Source: Armatimonadota bacterium
GTDB taxonomy: Bacteria; Armatimonadota; UBA5829; DTLH01
Assembly: GCA_038207085.1 (NCBI GenBank)
Contig: JBBRAE010000005.1
Location: forward strand, 32,001 to 96,000
Direction of reading: 5' to 3'
DNA length: 64,000 nucleotides
The position numbers and the translations under genes were made by a program. Within the stretch, counting starts at the first letter, position 1. Each line of letters opens with the position of its first letter. Below, one piece after another: positions 19,878-28,891 of the stretch. The notes under the pieces are model-generated. The model was not told where the DNA came from. It did not search any database and saw nothing but the letters and a program-made list of their open reading frames with translations.

Positions 19878-20705
19878 ATGCCTGATAGAACAAGACGCCT
19901 GGCGGTCCTGGGCGCGGGAGCCATGGGCCAGGCGCTGGTGCGCGGACTGATCGCCGCGGGGGTCTACTCCGCACGCGAGATAGTTGTAGCCGATGTCGAC
20001 AAGGAGCGCCTCGGCGCTTTTGGTGAGGACACCGGAGTCGAGTCCGCCGGAAACGTTGAATCCGTCTCTTCCGCAACCACCATCATTCTTGCCGTCAAAC
20101 CGGCGGTGATCCCCGATGTCCTCGAAGAGATTTCCGGCTATATCGGAGTAGATCAGCTCGTGATCTCAATTGCGGCGGGCGTCAAAATCCAGCAGATCGG
20201 CGCAAAGCTTCGCTCGGGCGTTCCGATTGTCCGCGCGATGCCGAACACCCCCTGCCTTGTGCAGGAAGGGGCTATAGCCATCTGCCGGGGGCGAGACGCT
20301 ACCGATGCACACGTCGACCGGGCGCTATCGATTTTTGGCGCTGTGGGTAAAGTGATCGAGACGCCGGAAAAACTGATGGACGCAGTGACGGGCCTCTCGG
20401 GAAGCGGCCCTGCCTACATCTACACCGTCATCGAGGCGCTCTCGGACGGCGGAGTCGCCGCTGGGCTTGCACGCCCGCAGGCAGCGCTCCTTGCCGCTCA
20501 GACCGTGCTCGGCGCAGCCAAGATGGTAATAGAGACAGGCAAGCACCCAGCCGAGCTTCGCGAGGCTGTGACGAGCCCCGGCGGCACTACTATCGCCGGA
20601 ATCGTCGCACTGGAGCGAGGAGCATTCCGGGCCGCGTTGCTTGACGCTGTCGAGGCCGCAACAGACCGGTCCATCGAGCTCTCAAGGCCAGATTCCGGCT
20701 CTTAA
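19878..20705 (+). CDS. proC: Pyrroline-5-carboxylate reductase
   Basis: GAGAMG, LAVKP, RAMPNTP, GLSGSGPAY and VTSPGGTT motifs. Confidence 0.96.
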   Translation: MPDRTRRLAVLGAGAMGQALVRGLIAAGVYSAREIVVADVDKERLGAFGEDTGVESAGNVESVSSATTIILAVKPAVIPDVLEEISGYIGVDQLVISIAAGVKIQQIGAKLRSGVPIVRAMPNTPCLVQEGAIAICRGRDATDAHVDRALSIFGAVGKVIETPEKLMDAVTGLSGSGPAYIYTVIEALSDGGVAAGLARPQAALLAAQTVLGAAKMVIETGKHPAELREAVTSPGGTTIAGIVALERGAFRAALLDAVEAATDRSIELSRPDSGS

Positions 20706-20719
20706 GGGAGCATAACACT

Positions 20720-21001
20720 ATGGTAACTCTGCTTCGTGCGGCTCTGCTTATACTCGAAGTGCTGAGCTGGATGATCATTATTGACGTGATCCTATCCTAT
20801 TTTCCGTCGGCTTCGCGAAACCAGTTCGCGATCTCACTTCGGAGGATCACGCACGCCTTGACCGACCCGATCAGGCGCATCATCGCGCCCAAGCGAGTCG
20901 GGGAGGCTAGCGTCGACTTCTCGCCTCTTGTCGCGCTTGTGATAATCTGGGTACTCCAGGCGATTGTCACCGCCACGCTTGCCCGGATGTTGCCCCATTG
21001 A
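20720..21001 (+). CDS. yggT: YggT family membrane protein
   Basis: ILSYFP...PIRRII...DFSPLVA; synteny. Confidence 0.88.
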   Translation: MVTLLRAALLILEVLSWMIIIDVILSYFPSASRNQFAISLRRITHALTDPIRRIIAPKRVGEASVDFSPLVALVIIWVLQAIVTATLARMLPH

Positions 21002-22488
21002 TGGGAAACGGCTTCAGAAGTGAATACCCGGACATCCGAAGGTCGCTCTGGTGGCAGTACGCCACGGCGGCGTTTGTGCTGATCGCATTCTTCTTTCTGC
21101 TGACGCTTTCTGACAACAGGCCATCGGGCAAAGCCGAACGACCCGACACCAGCGCCGACATTATGAGCGGGGACTGGGCGGTCAAGGTGAACCTGTTCTA
21201 CGGGGCGCTGCCTGCCAAAGCCTCGCGGGCCCAGAGCGCCCTTCCGATGGCGTTCACAAGCTACAAGAGAGCGGCGGACCTCGGAAGCCCTGCGGGAATC
21301 AGGCGCGCCGGAGTCATCGCACGCGAGCTCAACCGGCCCGATGCGACCGAAATATTCGCGAAACTGACCTCACCCCAGGCCAACCACGACCTCCCCAAGC
21401 AGGACATCTCGCGCCTGAAAAGCGAAGCCGCGATGTGGCACGATATCTACACAGGCAGCCTCACCCCGGAAGTGACCAGGCGCTACGCCGAGCAGATCAA
21501 GAAGACCAACCTCGGCCCTGCCAGAGCCTACGCACTGGGGCAACTCTACACGCGCGCGGGCGAAAAGACACAGGCCATGATAGTGATCGAACGAGCGCGT
21601 GAACGGGCGGTGGCATCGGTCGTTCCGGGGTCGCTCTTGGTCCTTGGTGTGATTTTGGCCGGGATCGCGGGAATCGTCTTTATTGTGATCTTCTTTCGAA
21701 ACAGACGGCGGGAGCTACCCGGCGAGCTGCCAGTCGGCATCGCGGATGAGCTTGAGGAGCCAGAAGTCGACCGCGGGATCATGTCCCGGCCCTGGGTATT
21801 GTTTCAGGGGTTCATCGCCTATATGGGCCTGATGCTCGTCCTCTCGTTTCTTGCGGTGGGGACGATCGTGCCACGGCTTGAGGGGATGGAGTCCGATCAA
21901 CGGCTGTTCTACGGAGTTATGCTGGAGTTCGCCCTGAGCGCGACCACCGGGCTCCTTGCGCTTGCTATCCTCGCAAGCCTTGTAAAGCGGGCTGGCGGAA
22001 CGCTTGCGGAGATCGGCCTGACGACCCGGGATTTCGGACGAAACGTGCTCTGGGGCTGCGCGGGCTACTGCGCGCTGCTCCCCATCCTCGCACTCGCAGC
22101 GATGATATCCGGCGCACTTTTCAGGGGACTTCCGACCCGCGAGCACCCCATCGTCCCGATGCTCCTATCCGGCGACCTCGCCGTCTTCTCACTGCTATTT
22201 GTGACCGGGGCGGTCTTTGCCCCGATATTTGAAGAGATATTCTTCCGGGGCGTGCTCTATCGGGGGCTCCGGTGGGGACTATCGACCACTGCGGCGGTTG
22301 CGCTCTCTGCTGCGGGGTTTGCGATCGTCCACCCTCAGCTTCCGGCCGGGTTCCTGCCGATTTTCGCGATCGGCGCGGTCTTCGCCCTGCTTGCCGAGGA
22401 GCGAAAATCGCTTGTCCCCTCGATGGTCGCCCACGCGCTCAATAACGGCGTGATATTCCTCACGATTTATTTTCTAGTAATGTCCTAA
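21001..22488 (+). CDS. CPBP (CAAX/Abi) intramembrane glutamic protease with an extracytoplasmic N-terminal domain
   Basis: APIFEEIFFRG, FAIVH and HALNN motifs; multiple TM segments. Confidence 0.88.
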   Translation: MGNGFRSEYPDIRRSLWWQYATAAFVLIAFFFLLTLSDNRPSGKAERPDTSADIMSGDWAVKVNLFYGALPAKASRAQSALPMAFTSYKRAADLGSPAGIRRAGVIARELNRPDATEIFAKLTSPQANHDLPKQDISRLKSEAAMWHDIYTGSLTPEVTRRYAEQIKKTNLGPARAYALGQLYTRAGEKTQAMIVIERARERAVASVVPGSLLVLGVILAGIAGIVFIVIFFRNRRRELPGELPVGIADELEEPEVDRGIMSRPWVLFQGFIAYMGLMLVLSFLAVGTIVPRLEGMESDQRLFYGVMLEFALSATTGLLALAILASLVKRAGGTLAEIGLTTRDFGRNVLWGCAGYCALLPILALAAMISGALFRGLPTREHPIVPMLLSGDLAVFSLLFVTGAVFAPIFEEIFFRGVLYRGLRWGLSTTAAVALSAAGFAIVHPQLPAGFLPIFAIGAVFALLAEERKSLVPSMVAHALNNGVIFLTIYFLVMS

Positions 22489-22493
22489 AGCCC

Positions 22494-22520
22494 TAAAGAA
22501 CCCGCGCGGTGTGCCGATAA
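22494..22520 (+). promoter_or_regulatory. Sigma28 (FliA/SigD/WhiG-type) promoter
   Basis: TAAA (22494-22497), exactly 15 nt, then GCCGATAA (22513-22520): a perfect consensus match. Confidence 0.75.
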
Positions 22521-22526
22521 TCTTTA

Positions 22527-22721
22527 CTGGCAGGGAGTTTTGTGCTGACGCGCGAAGCTTCTGTGTTGCTCTGAGGAAGTGCCGGAAACGGCATAGTCGA
22601 GCAGTGCCTTTTGCCAGAGACAATCCTCTTTTTCTCCTTCCTTATAAGTGTTGTGGACTAACGTCGGATGCGATAAGCTCCCGGCGACCCGCGGGGTGAC
22701 CTCACCCGGCGGGATTTTTTT
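22527..22721 (+). ncRNA. Candidate sigma28-dependent small RNA (about 195 nt)
   Basis: Bounded by the sigma28 promoter and a U-tailed terminator; stem-loop capped by GTGCCG-GAAA-CGGCAT, then a CU-rich anti-SD tract; no convincing long ORF. Confidence 0.5.
22688..22721 (+). terminator. Rho-independent terminator
   Basis: CCCGCGGGGTGA-cc-TCACCCGGCGGG followed by ATTTTTTT. Confidence 0.8.
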
Positions 22722-22755
22722 GTACGGGGTGATGAGTTGGGTTGGTCGTAAATTT

Positions 22756-22835
22756 ACCCCTCACGCCGGCCATCTCCTCTTAGGCGACAGCATTCCCCGT
22801 AGGGGAATGCGATAGCTCTCAAGGGGAGAGGGGGT
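22756..22835. repeat. CCCCTCAC...GGGGAGAGGGGG palindromic repeat carrying a 36-bp hairpin insert
   Basis: Outer inverted arms; the insert at 22780-22815 is flanked by CTC/CTC. Confidence 0.6.
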
Positions 22836-22859
22836 AGATAGTAGGGTGAGGGTGCTAAA

Positions 22860-23957
22860 TCAGGAGTTCATCGCGGCGCGGGCGATCTCTTTGCCACGGT
22901 CGATGAAGTAGTGCATCGTCTCGTGATCGATCGAGGGCGGCTCGGAGTGGTCGGTGTGCAGGATATAGCCTGTTCCAGCCTTGATCACCGCAGGGATCTT
23001 CTTCTCAAGCTCGGCGTCGATCTTGGAGCGGTCATTGCTCTCAAGGGTGCGCACGTCGAGACCGCCGTAAAAGGCGATCCGATCGCCGAAGCGTTCGACG
23101 AGCGTTGGCAGGTCCATTCCGGCCTTCACTTCCATGGCCTGCAGGCAGTCCATACCGGCCTCGATCAGCCCCGGCACCAACGCCTCAACGTAGCCGCAGG
23201 AGTGAACGATCACAGGGCAGCCCATAGAGTGCGCGAAGTCGAAGAGCTTCTTGTGCCCCGGCTGCACGATCTCCTCGTACATCCCCGGCGACATAAACGG
23301 CTTGTTCTTGAATCCCATGTCCTCATAGAAGAACACACCGTCGGGCTTGCCCTCTTCGGCGAATAGCGTCTCAAGGTGCGCGATGGTGAAGTCGGCGAAG
23401 GTGTTGACCATGTCTTTGACCCAATCGGGGTCAAGCGCCATCCCCATAAGCATGTACTCGTGCCCGCAGACGGGGTGCATCTGCTCAAACGGCGCCACTC
23501 CGCTCCAGCAGAAGAACCGCTCCCGCTCGGTGGCGAAAACCTTGGCGTCGCGGTAACCTTGGAAGCTTATCCTGTTGCGATCGAGATCGACCAGCCGCGG
23601 CTTGATCAGCTCTTCCCAGCCAGAACGGTCTTTGACTGTGAAATCGACGTGCTCCGGGGTGGTCGCATGCTCCTTGTGGCGGCGGAGAATCGCGCCGTTG
23701 CCATCAAGCATCAGGACCGTGTCCTCGGTCTCTTCGAGGACTTTGGGCTCAACATTGTAGTCGGCGGTGCTGGTTAAAGGCCAGATAAGGCGCAGATCCT
23801 GCCCAAAATGCTCTGCGACGTCCTCACCTTCAGTGACGTGACCCTCACTTGTCCATCTTTTGATAGTTTCGCTCCAGGGGCTCACGGCCACCGGAATCTC
23901 ATCGACGGGCTTGCGTGACAGAGTCGCGACTACCCGCTCATAGCTTGTCATTGACAT
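22860..23957 (-). CDS. Uroporphyrinogen decarboxylase (URO-D/MtaA-CmuA) family protein
   Basis: MTSYERV, EDMGFK..FMSP, HSCG, FYGGLD and GYILHTDHS motifs. Confidence 0.85.
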   Translation of the reverse strand: MSMTSYERVVATLSRKPVDEIPVAVSPWSETIKRWTSEGHVTEGEDVAEHFGQDLRLIWPLTSTADYNVEPKVLEETEDTVLMLDGNGAILRRHKEHATTPEHVDFTVKDRSGWEELIKPRLVDLDRNRISFQGYRDAKVFATERERFFCWSGVAPFEQMHPVCGHEYMLMGMALDPDWVKDMVNTFADFTIAHLETLFAEEGKPDGVFFYEDMGFKNKPFMSPGMYEEIVQPGHKKLFDFAHSMGCPVIVHSCGYVEALVPGLIEAGMDCLQAMEVKAGMDLPTLVERFGDRIAFYGGLDVRTLESNDRSKIDAELEKKIPAVIKAGTGYILHTDHSEPPSIDHETMHYFIDRGKEIARAAMNS

Positions 23958-24053
23958 CTGGTTCGTCCTCTCTTATGCTGCCTTACTCCAAAAATCGGGT
24001 AGCACCATAGTGGAGGCTACCCGATAAATGATACACCAACTAAAACGTTTCCG

Positions 24054-24575
24054 CTACTCCGAAACCCTATCTATTTTCCAGATTTTTCCCACTTTGACCA
24101 AACCGACCCGGTTGATGAGCGTCTGCCCGCCTTCGCCCTTGAATGTCACGGTCACAGCAGCCTCGTTTGACCCCGAAACGCTGGGTTTGGAGACATCAAA
24201 GCTCCCATTGTTCTCGTGAACGAAGCCGAAGTAGTTGTCGGCCTTTTCCGCGCTTGCGCTTCGGTCAAAGAGCGAGTCCTCAAACTGCTGCGTGGTGAAC
24301 TTCTTCGCCTGCTCGACCCTGCGGTTCGTGCAGGCTTCGGCCCACTTGAGTGTCACCTGATCCGGCGGGATTACACGAAGCGACATCACGGTGACCAGGG
24401 CGACAATCAGCACAAGAAGCGCCCCTCCGGCGATCCCCACCGTCTTCCAGGGGATTTCGACCGGCGGCTTCACTTCCACCTTTGGCCCACCCGGCCACTT
24501 GTCGGTCTGCTCTCCGCAGTACAGGCACGCTTTTTGCTCAGGATGCAGGCTCTGCCCGCATTTCACGCACTTCAT
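24054..24575 (-). CDS. Hypothetical membrane protein: N-terminal zinc ribbon, one TM helix, extracytoplasmic domain
   Basis: CVKC...CLYCG, a hydrophobic stretch, C-terminal WKID. Confidence 0.7.
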   Translation of the reverse strand: MKCVKCGQSLHPEQKACLYCGEQTDKWPGGPKVEVKPPVEIPWKTVGIAGGALLVLIVALVTVMSLRVIPPDQVTLKWAEACTNRRVEQAKKFTTQQFEDSLFDRSASAEKADNYFGFVHENNGSFDVSKPSVSGSNEAAVTVTFKGEGGQTLINRVGLVKVGKIWKIDRVSE

Positions 24576-24623
24576 ATCTAAGCGATGAGCGACTGGCGCT
24601 CATTTCCTCCTGTGTTGGTTGTT

Positions 24624-25793
24624 CTAGCTAAGCTCTACGGGCCCTGCGCCGGCTTCGGCTGTGCAGACGTAGAGGTTCGGCTCCACGCCTGTTTTGGCCT
24701 TGTAGCGCTCGGGGACGAGCCTTAAAAAATCTTCGACTGCATCGTCTCGAACCAGCGACGCCGTCGCGCCGCCGAATCCTGCGCCGATCAAGCGGCTGCA
24801 CATCGAGCCTTCGACCGAGCGAGATGCCTCAGCCATCGCGTCGAGTTCAAAACAGCTTGTCTCGTAGTCGTCGCGGGCGGAGTTGTGCGACTTGTCCATA
24901 AGCAGGGCGAAGGTCTCCATATCGCCCGCCTTTAGGGCATCGCGGCAGCCCACGGTCCACTCGTTTTCGTTTACGACGTGACGCGCGCGCTTCAGGACGA
25001 CCTCAGGCAGCCTGTCACCGTAATTGGCGAGGTCCTCGCTTGTCACGTCACGGAGCGCCGTAACCCCCGGAACCCACTCTGAGAGCAGCTTTACAGCCTC
25101 CTCGCACTGGGCGCGGCGGGTGTTATACTCGGAATCGACAAGGCCGCGTCGCTTCATCGTATCGCAGATGATAATCTTGTTGCTGCCGGTATCAAGCGGC
25201 ACGAGCTCGTGCTCGAGCGTGCGGCAGTCGAGGAAGAGCGCCTGATCTTTGGCTCCGAGACGGGATATGAACTGATCCATGATCCCCGTGTTCACCCCGA
25301 CAAACTTGTTTTCGGCCTTCTGCCCCGTAAGCGCGAGGTCCGGTCCCGACATCTCAAAGCCAAGCATGGCCTGAAAAAGCGTGCCGATTGCCATCTCGAT
25401 CGCAGCCGAGCTCGAAAGCCCGGAGCCGACCGGGACGTTGCCCTCAACGGCGATATCCGCACCGCGGAGCTCAACCCCAGCCTCACCTAGATATACGAGC
25501 ATCCCCCTGAGATAGTTGCTCCAGGTGTTCACTTCGTCGAACTTGTTGTCGTCAAGTGAGAACTCGACCATAGAGCCGAAGTTGGTCGAGTAAGCGCGAA
25601 CGACTCTATCGTCACGAAGACGCCCGGCTGCAAGCACTTCAAAGCTCACTGCCACGGGCAGGACAAAACCATCGTTGTAATCCGTGTGGTGGCCCATCAG
25701 GTCGATGCGCCCGGGTCCTTTGGTTAGAACCTCTGAATCGGTATTGTAGAGCTCCCTGAACTTGCGTTTAAGGGCTGTGGCCCTTGCTATCAT
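24624..25793 (-). CDS. galK: Galactokinase
   Basis: PGRIDLMGHHTDYNDG, GSGLSSSAA, GIMDQ and GAGFGG motifs. Confidence 0.95.
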   Translation of the reverse strand: MIARATALKRKFRELYNTDSEVLTKGPGRIDLMGHHTDYNDGFVLPVAVSFEVLAAGRLRDDRVVRAYSTNFGSMVEFSLDDNKFDEVNTWSNYLRGMLVYLGEAGVELRGADIAVEGNVPVGSGLSSSAAIEMAIGTLFQAMLGFEMSGPDLALTGQKAENKFVGVNTGIMDQFISRLGAKDQALFLDCRTLEHELVPLDTGSNKIIICDTMKRRGLVDSEYNTRRAQCEEAVKLLSEWVPGVTALRDVTSEDLANYGDRLPEVVLKRARHVVNENEWTVGCRDALKAGDMETFALLMDKSHNSARDDYETSCFELDAMAEASRSVEGSMCSRLIGAGFGGATASLVRDDAVEDFLRLVPERYKAKTGVEPNLYVCTAEAGAGPVELS

Positions 25794-25799
25794 GGTGTG

Positions 25800-27275
25800 T
25801 TAAGCCTCCGTGGTGGGAATATTCTTGCCAAGCCCGGAGTTACCCGCCAGGCTCTTGATATTGTCGATAAAGTCTTTGTTCGCCGCAATATAGCGCCTCG
25901 TTAGCACGTGGCCGTAGGCGCGGTAGAACCATCCGTAAACCTTCATTCTGGCGTAGTCTCCCGCTTTCCGCCATCTGCCTACAAAGACGTTTGCGAAGAA
26001 ATGCGCGAAATCGGGCCGAACGAGCATCTTCGCGCACTGATACAGGCTGTAGAACCGCTTGGTCGCGATCATCATCTCCCGCTGCATCTCCCAGGCGTTC
26101 ATGCTCTTGGGATTGTACACCACATGCAGCCCGTCGTAAAGCGACCAGTCCCGAGTGAGAAGACGCTTCTCCCGCTCCATCTGCTCAAACACCGGCGTCC
26201 CAGGCAAGGGAGTGAGCGACATAAGCTGAACGGTATCAATCTTGTGTTTCAACGCAAAGTTTACTGTCTGCCTGACGGTGCTCACCGTGTCGTTCTCAGA
26301 GCCCAGGACGAACATGCCGTGGATCATTATTCCATTCTCATGGAAGACCTTGATCGACTCGACGATCTCCTCGACATTCTGCCCCTTGTCATACTCTGCC
26401 AGCGTCGCCGGGTTCACAGACTCGAAGCCGACATAGACATAGTAGCAGTTGCTCCGCTTCATAAGCCTGAGCAGTTCCCGGTCCCGGGTGACGTCGGCGC
26501 GCACCTGTGCGCTCCAGCCCGGAGTGACCCCGGCCGAGAGCATCTTGTCCAAGAGCTCCTTGGTGTGAGCGCGGTTTGCCGTGAAGTTGTCGTCGTAAAA
26601 GAAGACACTTTCAGCCCGAAGCGCCTTAAGCTCCTCAATCACGTTCTCCGCACTTCTGAAGCGATACCCGCGCCCAAACATCCTCGTGACCGAGCAGAAG
26701 TTGCAGCCAAACGGGCACCCCCGCGAGGTCGCCACTGGTGTGACCGACATCTTTTCCCGGCCCCGTATAAGCGAGAGATCAGGAAACGGCAGCGAATCGA
26801 GATCACAGATCAGCCCGCGCGCGGCGTTGTGGACGATCTCATCGCCTCGCCTGTAGCTGAGCCCTTTAATGCCTTCGGGCTCCGAACCCGACTCAAGCGC
26901 GTCGATCAGCTCCCGAAACGCCTCCTCACCCTCGCCCCGCACGCAGTAGTCGGCGTGAGAAAGCGCCTCATCAGCCATAAAACTCACATGGCTTCCGCCA
27001 AGGACGACGGGAACACCAAAAGCGCGGGCCCTATCAGCGATGCGATAGGCCTCGGGCGCGGTCGACGTGGTAGTCGAGATCCCGACGAGGTCCGAGCGAC
27101 GCAGCTCTTCATAATCGATCGGCGCAAAGTCCTGGCAGTAGACGCTAACGTCGCGTCCCCGCGCTTTCTCCATCGCTCCAAGGAGCGGCAGACCAAGTCT
27201 CGGGAGCGCAACGCGGCTGTACACGTGGTACCCCGGCGCTTTGGGCTCGATTAGAGTGATCTTTTGGATATTCAT
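25800..27275 (-). CDS. B12-binding radical SAM protein
   Basis: N-terminal cobalamin-binding domain (GGSH, GEGE); SRGCPFGCNFC; FYDDNF; GFES; TPLPGT. Confidence 0.9.
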   Translation of the reverse strand: MNIQKITLIEPKAPGYHVYSRVALPRLGLPLLGAMEKARGRDVSVYCQDFAPIDYEELRRSDLVGISTTTSTAPEAYRIADRARAFGVPVVLGGSHVSFMADEALSHADYCVRGEGEEAFRELIDALESGSEPEGIKGLSYRRGDEIVHNAARGLICDLDSLPFPDLSLIRGREKMSVTPVATSRGCPFGCNFCSVTRMFGRGYRFRSAENVIEELKALRAESVFFYDDNFTANRAHTKELLDKMLSAGVTPGWSAQVRADVTRDRELLRLMKRSNCYYVYVGFESVNPATLAEYDKGQNVEEIVESIKVFHENGIMIHGMFVLGSENDTVSTVRQTVNFALKHKIDTVQLMSLTPLPGTPVFEQMEREKRLLTRDWSLYDGLHVVYNPKSMNAWEMQREMMIATKRFYSLYQCAKMLVRPDFAHFFANVFVGRWRKAGDYARMKVYGWFYRAYGHVLTRRYIAANKDFIDNIKSLAGNSGLGKNIPTTEA

Positions 27276-27296
27276 AGGCTGTCAGCTAACTGCTCC

Positions 27297-27404
27297 GTTG
27301 GTCGGGGGAATCCGTCCCCCGACCCCGTTCCGCGGACTCTATCCGCCAACCCAGTAATCGACGATCGCCGATAAGTGAGCTGGGGACAGATTCCCCGGAC
27401 GAAC
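27297..27404. repeat. REPIN-like repeat family B, copy 2 (inverted)
   Basis: Reverse complement matches 2483-2619, apart from an extra internal segment in copy 1. Confidence 0.8.
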
Positions 27405-27420
27405 ATGCCTTGCTAACAGC

Positions 27421-28407
27421 TCACTTTTCCGTATTAGGCTCCGCTGCGCGAAGTTCCGCCGCTTTTTCCTCGGCCAGCGTATCGTTGATATACGCGCCCG
27501 CGCCGGACTCGCTTCCAGCCAAGTACTTCAGCTTCTGCGGAGTCCTGTACGGCGGGTAAAACTCGATATGGAAATGATAAAAACCACTGTAGTCCATGCC
27601 GTCGGTCGGCGTCTGGTGCAGCACCATCATGTAAGGAAGCGACATATCCCAGAGGTTGTCATACTTGCTCAGCATGGTCTTCAGGATGCTCGCAAGATCG
27701 TCCTTTTCTTTCTCTGTAAACTCAGGGAGCGAGCCCTTGTGAGCCTGCGAGAAGATGTGCACCTCATAGGGGTAGCGCGCGTAAAAAGGAATCGCCGCAA
27801 AAAACGACTCGTTCTCAACTACAACGCGCCGACCGTCCCTTTTCTCTTCGGCGACGATGTCGCAGACCACGCAGCGGCCGGTCTCTTTGAAATGCGCCTC
27901 AGCCCCATCGAGCTCGCGCTTGATGTGCGGCGGGACGAACGGATAAGCATAGATCTGGCCGTGCGGATGGTCGATCGTTACGCCAATCTCTTTTCCCTTG
28001 TTCTCGAAGATGAAAACATAGTCGACGTAATCTTTCTGCCCGAGCTCGACAAAGCGATCGGTCCAGACCTCGATCAGTTTGCGGATATCCTGCTCGCTCT
28101 CACCGGCAAGGGAGCCATCGTGCCTGGACGAGTAGAGCACTACCTCGCAGACGCCGTCGGCGGGCCTTACTTTGTAGAGGTCGCTGCCCTCGACCGACAT
28201 CTCCGGCGCGGGGTGCTGAAGCGACGGGAACTTGTTCTCAAAGACGACGACCTCGTAGTCCTCGCTTGGAATCTCCGTCGGAAACGCCCCGGGTTTGGTC
28301 GGGCAGAGCGGACAGTAGTCTTTGGGAGGCAGGAAGGTGCGGTCCTGCCGATGCGTAGCCGTAATCACCCACTCGCGCAGCAGTGGATGCCATCTAAGTT
28401 CGGACAT
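27421..28407 (-). CDS. galT: Galactose-1-phosphate uridylyltransferase
   Basis: RQDRTFLP..YCPLCP, FENKFP and the active-site HPHGQIY. Confidence 0.95.
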   Translation of the reverse strand: MSELRWHPLLREWVITATHRQDRTFLPPKDYCPLCPTKPGAFPTEIPSEDYEVVVFENKFPSLQHPAPEMSVEGSDLYKVRPADGVCEVVLYSSRHDGSLAGESEQDIRKLIEVWTDRFVELGQKDYVDYVFIFENKGKEIGVTIDHPHGQIYAYPFVPPHIKRELDGAEAHFKETGRCVVCDIVAEEKRDGRRVVVENESFFAAIPFYARYPYEVHIFSQAHKGSLPEFTEKEKDDLASILKTMLSKYDNLWDMSLPYMMVLHQTPTDGMDYSGFYHFHIEFYPPYRTPQKLKYLAGSESGAGAYINDTLAEEKAAELRAAEPNTEK

Positions 28408-28509
28408 TTACTTCTTGTCTCCGTTCTTGCCGTCATCGCTCTTGCCAAACGTGAAATAGATGAGTGTTCTCCCCCCGGAGATCTCAATAACTTCCTTTTT
28501 CATATCCAT
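28408..28509 (-). CDS. 33-aa small protein resembling the N-terminal segment of long-form GalT
   Basis: GGGAGG, then MDMKKEVIEISGGRTLIYFTFGKSDDGKNGDKK*; its TAA directly abuts the galT ATG in frame. Confidence 0.6.
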   Translation of the reverse strand: MDMKKEVIEISGGRTLIYFTFGKSDDGKNGDKK

Positions 28510-28800
28510 CTCTGGCTATTTCCTCCCGTGACTATAAGCACAGCCGACACCAAAAACGGCGGTCCGGTAGGTCCGCCGCAGAGTCTTCAAAACAAATGCC
28601 TGTGCCAATTGTATTTTAGGCCCTTCATGCCTCATTCGTCAATACGAACGCCTGTAGATCCAGGGCTAACGCATCTTGACCGGCAACCAACGTAGTGCCC
28701 GTCCCGCCGCCGCGGCCTCTCGCATCACTTTCGATGATGCTGTCGGTGAGACCATCGGCGCGGAACGTGCCGAGCAAACGATAGAATTTCATAAAGTTTT

Positions 28801-28891
28801 CCATTTGGCACAGCACCTTTGATACTGATGGCCTATCGCATTCCCTATCGGGAACGCTGTCGGCGAGGCGGGCGCGGCGACCCGCCACTAC
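28801..28891 (-). repeat. Degenerate copy of the RAYT-flanking REPIN arm with a 34-bp hairpin insert
   Basis: Reverse complement GTAGTGGCGGGTCGCCGCGCCCGCC[insert]ATCAGTATCAAAGGTGCTGTGCCAA versus GTAGTGGCCGGTCGCCGTGCCGGCCATCAGCGCCAAAGGCGCTGCGCCAA at 39495. Confidence 0.7.

Noticed and set aside
22565..22605. Hammerhead ribozyme (CTGAGGA...GAAA)
   Set aside because: The GAAA caps the hairpin instead of following stem II, and I could not build a stem III with a cleavage triplet.
22511..22699. 62-aa plus-strand ORF
   Set aside because: Its start codon overlaps the sigma28 -10 element, there is no ribosome-binding site, and it ends within the terminator.
25908..28695. Long plus-strand ORFs (448 and 375 aa), and similar antisense ORFs over rel, recJ and ftsH
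   Set aside because: Antisense to clearly identified genes, with no motifs; expected in GC-rich DNA.
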